A stretch of DNA of 63,725 nt, the filler included, from Licmophora abbreviata (Eukaryota), in NCBI GenBank assembly GCA_900291995.1. It is 6 parts of 6 records of this genome, joined end to end, with 100 filler letters (N's around TTAATTAATTAA, not from the genome) between each part and the next. Parts side by side here need not be neighbours in the genome. Positions count along the whole stretch, not along the records: positions 37,830 to 54,943 come from OLMU01001269.1; positions 55,044 to 60,385 come from OLMU01001270.1; positions 60,486 to 62,141 come from OLMU01001275.1; 3 more parts are not named here. One strand, 5' to 3'. The position numbers were made by a program, and so were the translations under genes. The notes under the pieces are model-generated. The model saw only the letters and a list, made by a program, of their open reading frames with translations, did not search any database and had not been told where the DNA came from. This document shows positions 48,387 to 60,651 of the stretch, piece after piece; positions within the stretch are counted from its first letter, which is position 1; the number at the start of each line of letters is the position of its first letter.

Positions 48387-51300
48387 CTACATAGATTCTT
48401 CGGAAGCGGCTTGTACAAGGTCGCGAAACATGCCGCCTTTCGACAATAGTGTCTGAGGAGTGTCGAATTCCGCCGCCCGTCCATCATCCATGACCAGAAT
48501 CAGGTCTGAATCCATAATCGTATTAAGGCGATGAGCAACTGTGATGCAGGTGGCCTTTGCAAACTCTGTTCGCATCACAGACTGTATCCTTGCATCTGTG
48601 TCGGCGTCGACGGCTGCTGTGGCTTCGTCCATGATGACAATTGATGCCCCGCAAAGAAGAGCCCTGGCAATCACCAACAGCTGTCGTTGACCAGCGCTGA
48701 AGTTGTTGCCAGACTCGTTGACCTCGTCGTCGAGAGATCTAATTTGCGCTTGGGCAAGGGATGACAGGCTGATCGCCGACGATTCGCCCGTGCTGGCAGA
48801 GTACAAGCCAACTCGTTCAAGGATACCTAGCAACTTGGCGTCTGAATACGTGTCGAAGGGATCCAAATTTGTCCGGATTGTGCCAGAAAACAGTACCGGG
48901 TCTTGCGGGATCACGGCAATCTTGGATCGAAGCTTGGTTAGACCAAGCGTCTTGGTATCGATTCCATCAATGTAGATACGTCCAGAGTCGAGCTCAACTA
49001 TGCGCAGTAGGGCCAGCATTAACGTAGATTTTCCCGCGCCCGTTCTTCCCACTAGAAAAGGAGGGCGGAGAGAAAATTTAGAATCACAGGATCACACAGC
49101 AAAGCACTAATGCGACGTTGTCGATTTCCAAACTTACCAACGCCCACCTTGCTTCTGGCGGGAATATGAAGATCAAGACCTTTCAACACAAGAGGAAGCC
49201 CAGGTCTGTATCGTAGTTTCACGCTAGAAAACTCGATCTCACCATTCGACGGCCATGACGGCTCCAGCGCGTCGTCATCAGTAGTGTTGCGAGGCGCCTC
49301 ACTGGTCAATCGAGAGTACTGCTCAATGCGCTCAACGGCGACCATGTTTGACTCAAAGTCACTGCCCATTCGGACACTCCAGTTCAATGCCTGAGTCACT
49401 GAAAGCGCATACGAGATGGAAAGTCCCGCCAAGCCGGCGAAAGTTTCATTTCCTCCCATTGAGCCGTGCTGCAAAACGGAACACAAGCTTGCGAAAGTGA
49501 TAATTAGAGTTCCTACAAGCTCGAGACGAACGGCAAGCCAACACTGAGCACTTGTTGTCAAGTAGTAGGCATGTTGCTGTCTGTCCAGCATGGCGCTGAG
49601 ACGGACCAAAAGTGTGTCCTGGGCGTTAAATGATCGAATCGAGGAAACCCCGTCGAGAGTTTCTCCCAACAGCGCATAAATCGGGGAACGATAGACAGAA
49701 TCAAGTCTCTTGAGCTCACGGTACGTTGTCTGATATAGGCAAATGAGAAAATTAGTCCACTTGAATTCTTGCGTTTTGTGGATCACATTGTAGGAACGAC
49801 ATACCGTGAAATAGTTCTGCTCGACAATGTAGAAGATCAGCATTGGAATCAAGGCCAAAGTGAAGATGGGTGTCACGCCAGATACGACGACAATCGTACT
49901 GAACACGGTGAACAAAGTAGATAGATAACTTCTTAGAGTAGACAAAAGCTGTTCGTCAACAGTGGAAATGTCTACAAAGAAGAAATCGAGTGTGAGAGCG
50001 AAGCTTCCAAGTCGTGCGAGAGTGCGACAGTATCTGCGCGTACCTTTGCTAAACCGGTTGATAATCCGCCCTATCGGCGTCGTGTCGAAGAATGACATGG
50101 GGGCGCGCAAGACGACGTCTAGAAGACGTGCAAAGAGCTCGCGGGATGCGCGTAGGCCACACGCCATTATGAGCAGCAGACGGAAGAATGACCCAACAAT
50201 GGCAGTAATGTTGATAAGAGCGTACATGCCAAGATATCGCATTTGGTTTCCGGAGCTACCGTGCTCGCCCCAATACGTCAACCACCATTTTGAGAGCACA
50301 TTCAAACCCTCAACAGCAATGAAGGCTATAACGATAGCGAATGGTATCCATAAACCGCCGGCCGCACGTGCCCAGACAAGGTAGACTTTGGCCCCGACCT
50401 GTCCCGTCTCTCTTTCCTTCACCTCGTCAGTCATCAGACCAGCCTGAGCCTGTTGGGCAGCTTTGACAACTGAGACCGAAGATGAGCGTCGTCGTGACGG
50501 ACGCCTCGGTCGAGGTACGTGAAGGACAGAGCCAGTGATTGCCTCCGCAGTATCCTTGATTTGTCCGACAGGATCCACTAGCATATTCAAGCTCACCGAA
50601 GCCCCGGATATGTCCGTGGAATCGGACAAGGCGGGAATTTCTTCAATTTCGCAGCCCTCAGTTGCTGTCGGTGACACCCCAGTGGCAGAAAGAACAGCCA
50701 GATAGCGCGAAAAAATCTTCCCGTGGTTGCTCAGCTCTTCGTAAGTTCCCTCTTCGGCAACGTAACCGTTATTGACTACGACAATGCGATCGACCGCTGG
50801 GCTATTCAGATACTGAAGAGCATTCGTTACAAGGACAACCGTTCGACTTCCAGACCCTGGCACACTCGAATTGAGAAGAAGCTCGTCAACAATACACTTC
50901 TGAAATATATGCTTCCCGACATGAGCGTCGACTGCCGCTAAGGGGTCATCGAGTAGACAAATATCCGCAGCATGGTATACAGTCCGAGCCATCGCGACGC
51001 GGGCCTTCTGGCCGCCCGACAAAGTGATTCCCTTTTCGCCAATCTCGGTTCGATCACCGAACGGTAGCAGTTCGAGATCATGACGTAAAGCGCAACACGT
51101 CAGAGCTCTTTCATACCGTTCTTCGTCGATTGTCGCATCGTTGATATGACCAAACAGGATGTTATCCCTGACGGTTGCATTGAGAATGAATGGGTTCTGA
51201 GCAAAATAGGATACCCCCCCATATACCGACGTAGTCCCCGATAGAGCTCTTACTTCACCAAGAATCGCATTGAGCAAACTGCTTTTTCCGCAACCGACGC

Positions 51301-53120
51301 CGCCCACGATGGCGACAAGCTCTCCCTTCTTGCACTCAAGGTTGATTCGCTTCAAACACAAAAGACCTGCATGCTCTGAGTCGTCCATCATTGAATCTGC
51401 TTTCTCGTCGGATACGTTCGAATCAGAACGAGCAAGCTCTCGAATTCGCTTCTCCGCCTCCTGCAACTGGGATTTCAAAAGTGCGACCTCCCAGTCTCTA
51501 TCAATGAGATCCTTGGCCAACGGATCTGCGTCCATCGTATCGACCTTTGGCTTGCGACTTTCATACGCGTACGACCCTTCGTAAATTGCAACCCCAATAT
51601 CCCTCAGCTCGCCCGGGCCGACGGGATCGTGCTCATTGGAAAGTAGAAATGAGCTTATTCGTGACAGAGATACGGTAGCTTCAACGATGTTGTTGATCAC
51701 TACGAGTAAGTTCGAGGCGGCATAGAACATAACGGATGGTCAGGGATTGTGGACAACCCGCGGGTCGAGCACACAGAACTTCACCCTTTTCCTACCTTGC
51801 GGGAGCATAAATAGAGGGAATCGTAAAATATCGAAAAGAGTCAAAGCCGTCAACGCGGATGCCACCTCTAACTGATTGCCTGATAAAACATACGTAGCAA
51901 ACGTCGCCAAGGCCACCAAGAGAGGTGTTGAGCTCCAAAACATGATACTGAGACTGTTCGCAACCACATAGCGGAATAGCTGTCGTAGCTCAAGATCTCG
52001 CAGATCCATGATACCCTGTTGAAATGACTCTTCCCAGGCCTGCAGCTTGATGACCTTCATGGATCCCAGCACTTCACTGTTGAGTTCCACTCGATTGTCC
52101 TTCGCCCTCATGAGTTTCTTCTGCATTGATCCCATGAATTTTGCCACTGACTTGGTGAACGGCATCATGATGATAATGACTACAACACCTCCCATGCAGC
52201 TTGGGCCTAGCTGCCTCCAGAGAAAGAAGAGAGCTAGTCCAATTTGAATGAACGAGTACCAAACGGCGTGCAGATACGTCGTCAGATCTTAATAAGGGTG
52301 GCCACGTTTACACCGACGTGAGCTCGATCTGCAAACAAGACACCCCCCAGAGACCAAGTAACATCACACCTCGCACAACATATCACTCACCTTGCATTCG
52401 TTGGGCATCGATTGACGTCAAGTTCGTGATTTCTCCCAACGTGCGTGTCTGCCGTTCTGAGGCCGCCAAGACTAAGGCTTTCTTGTACACGGCCACCACT
52501 ACAGAAGTGCGGATACGGAGCCCTGTCAGATAACACTTAAAAAAGTAGTGTCGCAAGCAGAACGACATGGTCAGCTGCGACAGCGTCACGGCCACGGTGA
52601 GCCACAGGCCTTGTCGCAGAGGTGCGTCGGCATCTCGCAAAAACTGAATGAGATGCTTGAGTACAATGGGCCCGACGAAGAGACACATGTCGTGAATCAG
52701 CTTCAAGACCCCTGCCTTCAGAAAGTCTGCCCCGAAGGCATATGCCATGGCGCGAAACAATGAGGGGTTTGAGAAAATACCAGTAGCAAGAGTGTGTTTG
52801 TTTGACTTGTCACCCGCCGCCTCCCTTTCTGCCTTCCAGTACGTTTCAAACTGATCGGCGATATCCGTAGTCGAGCAGTCAGTCGGGAGAGGGATCGTCT
52901 CCAAGTCTATTGGGTCCAGCTTTTTGTTCTTGTGTCCTACTTCTAACAAAGGACCGAACCAGCCAAAGACGAGTCTAGACCACAGTGACGCTGACTCGAA
53001 ACCATGAGGTACGGACGTTCGAATCTTGCCATTTTCGACGAGGGGAGTCGTTTCTTCCTTTCCAGGCTCCACCGTAGCCCGATTGGATACACTCAGCGAT
53101 CCATACGACGCCATGATCAT
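48387..53120 (-). CDS. ABC transporter subfamily C (MRP-type, no TMD0)
   Basis: Introns 52288-52390, 51700-51795, 49972-50043, 49730-49804 and 49052-49137. NBD1 GGVGCGKSS/LSGGQKAR/LLDDPLAAVD. TMD2 FFDTTPIGRIINRFSKD and RELKRLDS. NBD2 GRTGAGKS/FSAGQRQL/DEATAAVD. Confidence 0.95.
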
Positions 53121-53585
53121 GAGTAGTAGATGCAGCGAGTAACGGAAACGCGTGCACTAGCTACCACAATAGCCGCAGCATGTGAGGGGATGTGATCGGA
53201 TAAAGATCTGGTTCATCACGCGTCGTCGCGCGCGCGTTCGAACAGTTCTTCATCTGCGGCGTTGCATTGCACTGACCCATTGCTATCTTTGGCCCTACCG
53301 GTTATAGAACGTGTAGAGTACCGTACATAAAGAAACATCGTATCGACTCCTCGACTGTGCTAACTGCCAGTTATACGAAAGAAAACGCATACATGTAGCT
53401 TAGAACGGCTAAGTAAGTATTGTCCTATCTCGACGAAAGAAGGAACGATGAGTGGGTGGGACATTTGCTCAAGGGAAGAGCATCGCCTCAAGAGGCGCTT
53501 GCGACACAGATGCATTGGAGTGCTCGTGATAAAATTGGATAACGCTATCGGTCGATCGCCGCCGCCGACAAGCTCTCTCAGTGTC

Positions 53586-55526
53586 TCACGATTTTGACTC
53601 CGTTGCGCGTGGCTTCTTCTGCTCTTGCCTTCCAATGCACTTAACATCCAATGACAAACTGTTGCATATCCGCTTTAGGACAAACTCTTGATCCGGTGTT
53701 AATATTGACACCACCATACCACGGCGCCCCAGCCTTCCCGTGCGACCAGCCCGATGTAGATACGTTGACGCGTCGCGCGGAAGGTCAAAATGAATGACAT
53801 GCGAAATATCCACGACATCCAGCCCTCTTGCAGCTAGATCACTCGAGAAAAGAATACGGATCTTGCCGTCAGCTGCTTCCCCACTGTCTTCGAAACGTCG
53901 TCCTTCGATCGACCCACCGCCGCTCCCTTGAAAACCCAACATGGCCGAGGCTCTCCGCGAAAGGCTGTCTTCGTATCGCAATACGCTCACAATGGCACTG
54001 GCTTCTGATTCCTGGTCGGCCCCGCAGCCTTCTTCCCAATAGACACCCTCGTCCCAGTCGCTCGCCAGCACCTTTGCCATCTCCTCCATTGGACGGTTTG
54101 GCTCACAGAAAACGAGAACTTTGTTCAGATCTGGCAGTCTGCGCAACAATCGACGCATGGAAGCAAATTTCTTCTCTTGAGATGCGCACACCATGTAGGC
54201 ATGATTCAGTGTCGGAGGCAGAAGCTCGCCTGGACTCGCATGCACGTGGATTGGTTCTTGCACGGTCCACTTGTTCTGCACACACTGTTTGAGAAAGTGT
54301 CGATGCTGAGGGATCGTGGCGGAAGCAAATATAGTCTGGCGAAGTTGCGACATGGGACGCGTTGATCGGGTCTCTTGAGCCTTCATAAGCGGAGAGTCGT
54401 CCATCTTATCGGGCAGCTCAAACGTCGGGCTCAAATGCCTCGACAAGAGTTCGTGCAGTGGCCCGCTGGTGGCCAGATCCGACGACATCGTCCCCGCGTT
54501 GTTTAACAGGCAAGCATCTACCTCATCCACTACGACATACTTGACTGAGTTATACCGAATTCCACCATACCGTACCATGTTGGTCAGCTCCTCGGGCGTG
54601 CCGATCACAACATGCGGGGGCTCGGCCCATGCCCATGCTCGTTGTCGCTTGTTCTGACTCCCCTGTAACACACTCATGATCATAATCTTTTTGCCAGCCT
54701 CGCCGGAGGAGGATGCCGCAAGTCTTTTGGCGACACGAGAAACTTGCAAGCCTAGCTCGCGAGTGGGTACAATGATGAGAGCCTGAACCGCGGCACGAGA
54801 GGGGTCCATTTCCGCCAGAAGAGGCAGGAGGAAGGACAATGTCTTGCCACTACCCGTCTGAGATTGAATCAGTACATCTTTCCCCTCGACTATTGCATCC
54901 ATAGCCCTTTTCTGAACCAATGTCGGATACTTCCACCCGCATTNNNNNNNNNNNNNNNNNNNNNNNNNNNNNNNNNNNNNNNNNNNNTTAATTAATTAAN
55001 NNNNNNNNNNNNNNNNNNNNNNNNNNNNNNNNNNNNNNNNNNNATCACCGACTGCCCATAGAGAGGGGTCCATTTCCGCCAGAAGAGGCAGGAGGAAGGA
55101 CAATGTCTTGCCACTACCCGTCTGAGATTGAATCAGTACATCTTTCCCTTCGACTATTGCATCCATAGCCCTTTTCTGAACCAATGTCGGATACTTCCAC
55201 CCGCATTCTTCCGAGCGACGTGTGAGCCACTCCGGAAAGTCGTTAGCGTAGAGCTCTCCAAAGGTCTCGTTTGCAAGTGCCGCATCTCCGAAAGTTTCGT
55301 AGTTCGAAATAACATGCCGAGCGGCAGCCGATCTAAGATCCTGATCGCTTGGACTTGCAAATAAAGGGGAAGTCATCCTGACAGACGATGAACTGAACCG
55401 AACGTCCAAGCCTGCCGGTGCGTGTGCTAGTGGGGTGAAAGCCCGTATTCTGACATGAAGCCAGCCGCAAATGAGCACTCCAACTGCGAGAATCCCACAG
55501 GGACAGTATTTATTCTTCCTCCCCAT
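53586..55526 (-). CDS. Plastid-targeted DEAD-box RNA helicase (RH58-like), split by scaffold gap
   Basis: SQTGSGKT, PTRELGLQV, DEVD, SAT, ARGLD, HRAGRTGR. The N-terminal signal ends at IRA-F. The contig ends flanking the gap overlap by 147 nt. Confidence 0.9.
54944..55043. other. Scaffold gap with artificial linker
   Basis: N-run with central TTAATTAATTAA. Confidence 0.98.
55044..55066 (-). other. Ion Torrent/SOLiD P1 sequencing adapter remnant
   Basis: ATCACCGACTGCCCATAGAGAGG is the reverse complement of CCTCTCTATGGGCAGTCGGTGAT, and it sits at a contig start. Confidence 0.93.
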
Positions 55527-55905
55527 TCTACTTGTGTAAAGAGATGACGATAGGTAACATGTCAAGCTCTTGCATGATGGTCGTCATAGTCTAAACCGGT
55601 TCAAACAATACGAGTGTCGAACGCCATGATGGGGAGCTCGAAAATCGGTGGCCAAAACCCATAGCGTCCGTCCAGCTTCCGCCCCCGTAAGTTGACGAGC
55701 GATGGGCAGACCGAAGTGTAAAGTTGACGGTGCGAAGTCATGTCGTCCTTCCGATCTGCACGCCGGCGACGAGACGATGACATCACTCTCTATCATACTC
55801 GATGCATGCCTTGCGACCTGTCTGGTCTTGGTGTCAGGCTTGTAGTGTTGTCGTCACGAGGTTCCTTGGGCTCTCTGTTGTTCAATTCAGGAGCTAGATT
55901 GCGCA

Positions 55906-57273
55906 ATGGATCTTTCTTCAGTTCTATCTCACGGCGATGATCTATTCTCGCCCTCGAAACGGCAGCCCGACGTCTTGCACAAGACACCAGAAGATCGAAG
56001 ATCGGAGCCACTCTTGCTCAGGGAGCCCGTGACATCGGGAGTCCTGACCAAGGATGGCGTTGAAAACATCGCCCGCCACAAGTACACGTCAGGAGAATAC
56101 ACTCATCTTGAGAATTTTCTAAACCCTCTTTGGACTCGCCTGACAGAGTTTTTGCCCATGAGTCTGGCGCCAAACGCAATTACGACCATCGGACTGATCT
56201 TGATGATCATTGGCTACTGCACCACGTGGTACTACAATGAAGAGTATGGTGTCACGCCTTCCTGGATTTGCGCCTTCAATGGAATCTGCATGCTTCTTTA
56301 CTACACGCTCGACTGCATGGATGGAAAGCAGGCTCGACGAACGGGATCTTCGTCGCCTCTCGGGCAGCTCTTCGACCACGGGGTCGACTGTATCTGCAAC
56401 ACTGCTCACGTGTCTACCATGGCTGCGTGTTTCCATCTGAGAGGATCCGTTTGGCTCATTCTTTCTCAAGATTTGGTGATGCTTTCATTCTTTTTGGGGC
56501 AATGGGAAGAGTACTATACGGGTGTCCTGCAGCACTCGAGTGGCCGTTGGCTAGGAGTAACGGAGGTGAGTGCATGTACGGGCGTGGTGTCTGCGCTAGA
56601 CAAACTTCTTGCGGACTCATCATACTGTCATGCCCCTCTTCCACAGATTGCGTATGGAATAGCGCTTTTCTCCATCTTTAGCTCACTAGTAGACCGAGAG
56701 ACCTTGTGGGGGAGCTCCATGTCGGCGGTGCTGCCATCATCCCTCGAGGGTCTCTTGCCAGAGCCCATTGCATCCCTCGAAACCCGGCAGTTCACTTTCG
56801 TAATCTGGGCCATTCTCTTCTGTGGGCACGTTTCAGTCTCTGCAAACAGTGTGATTCGTCATCTGAAGGAACCCAAGGCAATCGTCCTGGCCCTTTCCAA
56901 GCTTGTCTCTCCTGTCATGATGGCCGCTGCCCCGCTCCTCCTGCACGCCGATGTGCTTGCCGAAAGCTCCCGGTTCGTGTCGCTTAGTATGGGACTGGCC
57001 TTTTCCGTCATTACCATCAAGATTGTAACCTTCAGCATGGCCAAAATGGCATATGCAAGCATCCAGCTGGATGGCTTCTTCTTTGTTTTGGTTTGCGTAT
57101 GGTCGAGACTGGACGATCGGTTGACACCATTGGGAGCACGGCTGTTGTTTCAAATGTGCAGTGCGTGGTATACGTACCGGCTAGTCACGTGGACTCATAC
57201 GGCTATCGGGCAACTCTGTGACCGACTGGACATTAACTGCTTTACCATCAAAAAGAAGAGCAAACTCGAGTGA
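55906..57273 (+). CDS. Choline/ethanolamine phosphotransferase (CDP-alcohol phosphotransferase, CEPT/AAPT family)
   Basis: HKY, LAPNAIT, DCMDGKQARRTGSSSPLGQLFDHGVD and WEEYYTG. In-frame intron 56566-56646. Confidence 0.93.
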   Translation: MDLSSVLSHGDDLFSPSKRQPDVLHKTPEDRRSEPLLLREPVTSGVLTKDGVENIARHKYTSGEYTHLENFLNPLWTRLTEFLPMSLAPNAITTIGLILMIIGYCTTWYYNEEYGVTPSWICAFNGICMLLYYTLDCMDGKQARRTGSSSPLGQLFDHGVDCICNTAHVSTMAACFHLRGSVWLILSQDLVMLSFFLGQWEEYYTGVLQHSSGRWLGVTEVSACTGVVSALDKLLADSSYCHAPLPQIAYGIALFSIFSSLVDRETLWGSSMSAVLPSSLEGLLPEPIASLETRQFTFVIWAILFCGHVSVSANSVIRHLKEPKAIVLALSKLVSPVMMAAAPLLLHADVLAESSRFVSLSMGLAFSVITIKIVTFSMAKMAYASIQLDGFFFVLVCVWSRLDDRLTPLGARLLFQMCSAWYTYRLVTWTHTAIGQLCDRLDINCFTIKKKSKLE

Positions 57274-57875
57274 ACGTGGGGACATTCTTGTTGGCAAAGG
57301 AGGTGTGGGCCTTGCTAACTACCTATAGCTAATAGTCTACTAAAGTGGAGCAAATGTCTACTTAGCTAGATGGTAATCCACGATAAACAGTCGCAGCCCT
57401 CTCGCTCTACCGGTATCATTTCGAAGGTACCTGTATGCTACGAAGGAATTCGACTAGCATACGGGCGAAATGAGCTTCTCAGTCGAAAGGGTCGGTCGAA
57501 ACCACAAAATTCGGAAGAGAGCGAATTGGAGATATCATCGATATCACATCTCATACGGATCCTCAAGAGAGGCGAACAACGACGAAGCGACTTACCGACA
57601 AACACGATGAGTAGAGTCATTCCGGGCTGGGAAAAGCTCGATGAACCAGGTACGATCAGAAAAAATGAATCCTTTCATAGCGGCGGCATCCATCATCATC
57701 ATCGCACACAGCTCGTTCGGAGATCGAAGATCCAAAGAAACCCGGATATGAGTACGACCTCGTACGTCGGTCAACCGAAAACCGATGGGAAACCCGCGCG
57801 CATCCAATCGAAACTGATGGGATGTGATGCCGGCCACTCTTTTTTTGAAGACCGATGTGAGCAGTGATGATCACC

Positions 57876-58809
57876 ATGAGACCGTATCGTAGAATTTTCA
57901 TGACTTGCGTGTTCACCACATGCTTGTTTCATCGCGCTTTGAGTCTTTCTGTTTCGAGGCTTGCAGCAAGTCGTCCTGGGCCTGCGTTCGGACTTCAGAT
58001 GGTTCGAAATCGTGGCCTGGAAGTTCGACGCGAGGGTGCGACACCGGCGGGTGAGAGGCATCGTGGTGTTGGGTCCTCCACTGAGTTTCAAATCCCGCTC
58101 TAACGTTCGTCTTTTCTCTTTTTCAGAGGGAGGGATGTCTCTTTATGTCAAAGCCGGACCTGATGGCTCGTCGCTGGGTGACTGCCCTTTTGCTCATTTT
58201 GTGAGAATGGTACTCCACGAAAAGGGTTTAGAATATGAATTGAATCCTTCTACGGCCGATACAAAGCCTGAGTGGCTACTTGAGCACTACGAAGGAAAGA
58301 TGCCAGCTTTGCGTCATCGAAAGGAGTGCTACACTGAATCAGACGTGATTGCACAGTATCTGGATTTCTTTTTCCAGGATCCGCCGCTGTCTGCGGGAAA
58401 GAAAGCAACTGCCGAAGCGAACGAGGCTGTGGATGGGTTCTTCCCAGCTGTAGCGAAGTTTCTGAAGCACACTTCAAATGGTGATGATGACGACGTGGAG
58501 CTCAAATTGAATCTTGAGGCTTCGTTGCTGAAACTAGAGACACACTTGACTGCAGAGGGAAGAACAGGTCCTTTCATGGTGGGCGACGGTGATACGGTTA
58601 CTTTAGTCGACTGCTCGCTCGCGCCAAAACTATACCACATGACGACAGGGCTAAAGGCTTTCAAGGGCAATTCAATTGATGTTGCAAACGCGTTTCCAGC
58701 TGTTCAGGCGTATTTTGATACAATGGTTCGTCGACCAAGCTTTGTTGAGACAGTCTATCCTGAAGAAACGGTTGTCTGGGGGTGGTCAAATGCGAGGCAG
58801 CAAAAATAA
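57876..58809 (+). CDS. Dehydroascorbate reductase-like glutathione transferase, organelle-targeted
   Basis: Intron 58051-58126. LYVKAG..LGDCPFAH, KPEWL, GKMPAL, ESDVI and DCSLAPKLYH. N-terminal presequence; start could also be 57867 or 57900. Confidence 0.88.
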
Positions 58810-58844
58810 ACATGTAGAGTAGATGCTTGGTTCTCTCTGAATGG

Positions 58845-60385
58845 TCATACAGTGTCCAATGTTAGTTCCTCTGTGCTCAGATCGACATGGTGCGTACAGA
58901 GTCGGTCGAGCTGATCTGCGGAATGAGTCACCAAGATGATGGGAATCTTGCTTGCCTTGAGTGCATCTTCGACAATCAAAGAGGTCTCGTGGTCGAGAGC
59001 GCTTGTTGCCTCGTCGAGTAGCAACACTCTTGGTTTGAGAGATAAGGCTAGAGCAAGTGAGACCCGTTGTGCCTCTCCACCTGACAAAGTAGCCCATGGC
59101 TGATCGAAAACCGCTTCAGGTAGACGCCAGTCTCTAGCAATAGATGCTGGGTCACTTCTCGAAACTGCTTCTTGAGAATGGTACCGATTGATTTCTGCCA
59201 GAAAATCTCTTGGTGTTCCCTCCAAGGTGGGCCTATCTTGCGATACCCAGCAGACTTGACGACGCCATTCCGGCCACTTCATCTGCTCAGGTGAGACCCC
59301 ATCGAGGTCGATAATTCCTTTCAAGGGCTCGAGGCCTATCAGCGTTCGTAGAACTTGCGTTTTCCCCGCACCGCTGTTGCCGGTGATCCCAATACGGTCT
59401 CCCCTGCCCAGATTGAATGTGACGTTTAAATCTGCCCGTGCAACATGAACCTTGTCCGCGGTGAGGATCAGAGCTGGCTCGTTTTCTTGGTTTCCAAGTA
59501 CTCTGGCAGTCGCGTGTCGTCCCGCAATATTTCCGGGATCTAGTCGCTTATCAGAACCGTTGATGTGCAATCCATCCGGAAAGTCGTCCTTTGTCTGCGA
59601 TCGTGAAGACAGGAAAGCCGAGAAAAGCCTTCTCTTCGACTTTCGGCTAGCTTTCTGTACAAGCTCTTCAGTTCGAAGACGGTGCCCTTTTCTGTCCATG
59701 AGCTCTTGAGTTACAAGTATTGATAGCAGCTGAACCGTAGCACAAGCTGTCGTGGCGATTAATATCGATATAAGGACCTGATATGCTGCAGCTTGAATAG
59801 GCGATTGTCCGGCGAGCACTTGTCCACTCATCATGCCCGGAATGTGGATCAATCCAGTCACTGCAAGACTGTTGATTGTCGGGGTCAACGCAGACACCAC
59901 GGCATTTTTCGTTATTGGAATCATTGCTTCCTCCGATGAAGCTCCCCGAGCAAGCCGAAGTTCGATCTGACTTCGAGTTTGGGAAAACTCTCTTGTCAAC
60001 GTCGATGCTCCGAGCGTCGCTGCTGAAAGTGTGTTCCCAAAGAGCATGCCAGCTATTGTAACCAATGTCCTTGGTCGAAACCAGGGTGTCAGTTTTCCGA
60101 AGACTCCTCCGAGGAGCGCGATTCCAAGCACAGAGAGCCCAGAAATCAACACCGAAAAAAGCACATGGCGTCTCAGTCTCGGGTATGTATATTCAACTCT
60201 CGAGAATGCCTCGAGTGCTCCCAACGTCCCAACACCTACTATCCAAGCCCATACAACCAGCGGGCGAGTAGTTCCAAACAAATTTTGCAAGATGATCGAT
60301 CCCAAGAGAAACAGTTGAACCGTACATCGCAACGACGCGGCCAGAATGTCTTTCGCGAGAGACCCCAGTCCCATGCGTGTCATTG
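58845..60385 (-). CDS. Fused ABC transporter: FetB/UPF0014 (STAR2/ALS3-like) permease plus FetA/STAR1-like ATPase, 5' partial
   Basis: Permease motifs RCTVQL, IAGMLFGNTL, IELRLARGAS, GLIHIPGMMSGQVLAGQSPIQAAAYQ. ATPase motifs GNSGAGKT, WRRQVCWVSQ, LSGGEAQR, LLDEATSALD, VTHS. All lie in one stop-free ORF. Confidence 0.9.
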
Positions 60386-60485
60386 NNNNNNNNNNNNNNN
60401 NNNNNNNNNNNNNNNNNNNNNNNNNNNNNTTAATTAATTAANNNNNNNNNNNNNNNNNNNNNNNNNNNNNNNNNNNNNNNNNNNN
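60386..60485. other. Scaffold gap with artificial linker
   Basis: N-run with central TTAATTAATTAA. Confidence 0.98.
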
Positions 60486-60651
60486 ATGTTGTCAGTGCCA
60501 GCCCTGTGCCTGGTACTCGCGCTCTTATGAGAATAGATGGAAATCATGAGTTTGCGTGTATCTCTAATTTATTCTAAAATCGCATACCCGATATGAATGG
60601 AATTTGTAGTCGGCAGGTCGCAACGATAGCCTGTTTGCTGTTCCTTCGTCT

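Larger units (their letters stand above)
54797..55207. repeat. Unmerged contig overlap: 54797-54943 duplicated at 55061-55207
   Basis: 147-nt direct repeat flanking the gap, with one synonymous mismatch (54885 C vs 55149 T). Confidence 0.9.

Noticed and set aside
54996..55565. Second paralogous DEAD-box helicase gene
   Set aside because: It is the 5' part of the same gene. The apparent duplication is contig overlap plus adapter, and LWAVGD is translated adapter.
57370..57867. 165-aa ORF between CEPT and DHAR
   Set aside because: No recognisable motifs and it occupies the DHAR promoter region, so it cannot be supported as a gene.
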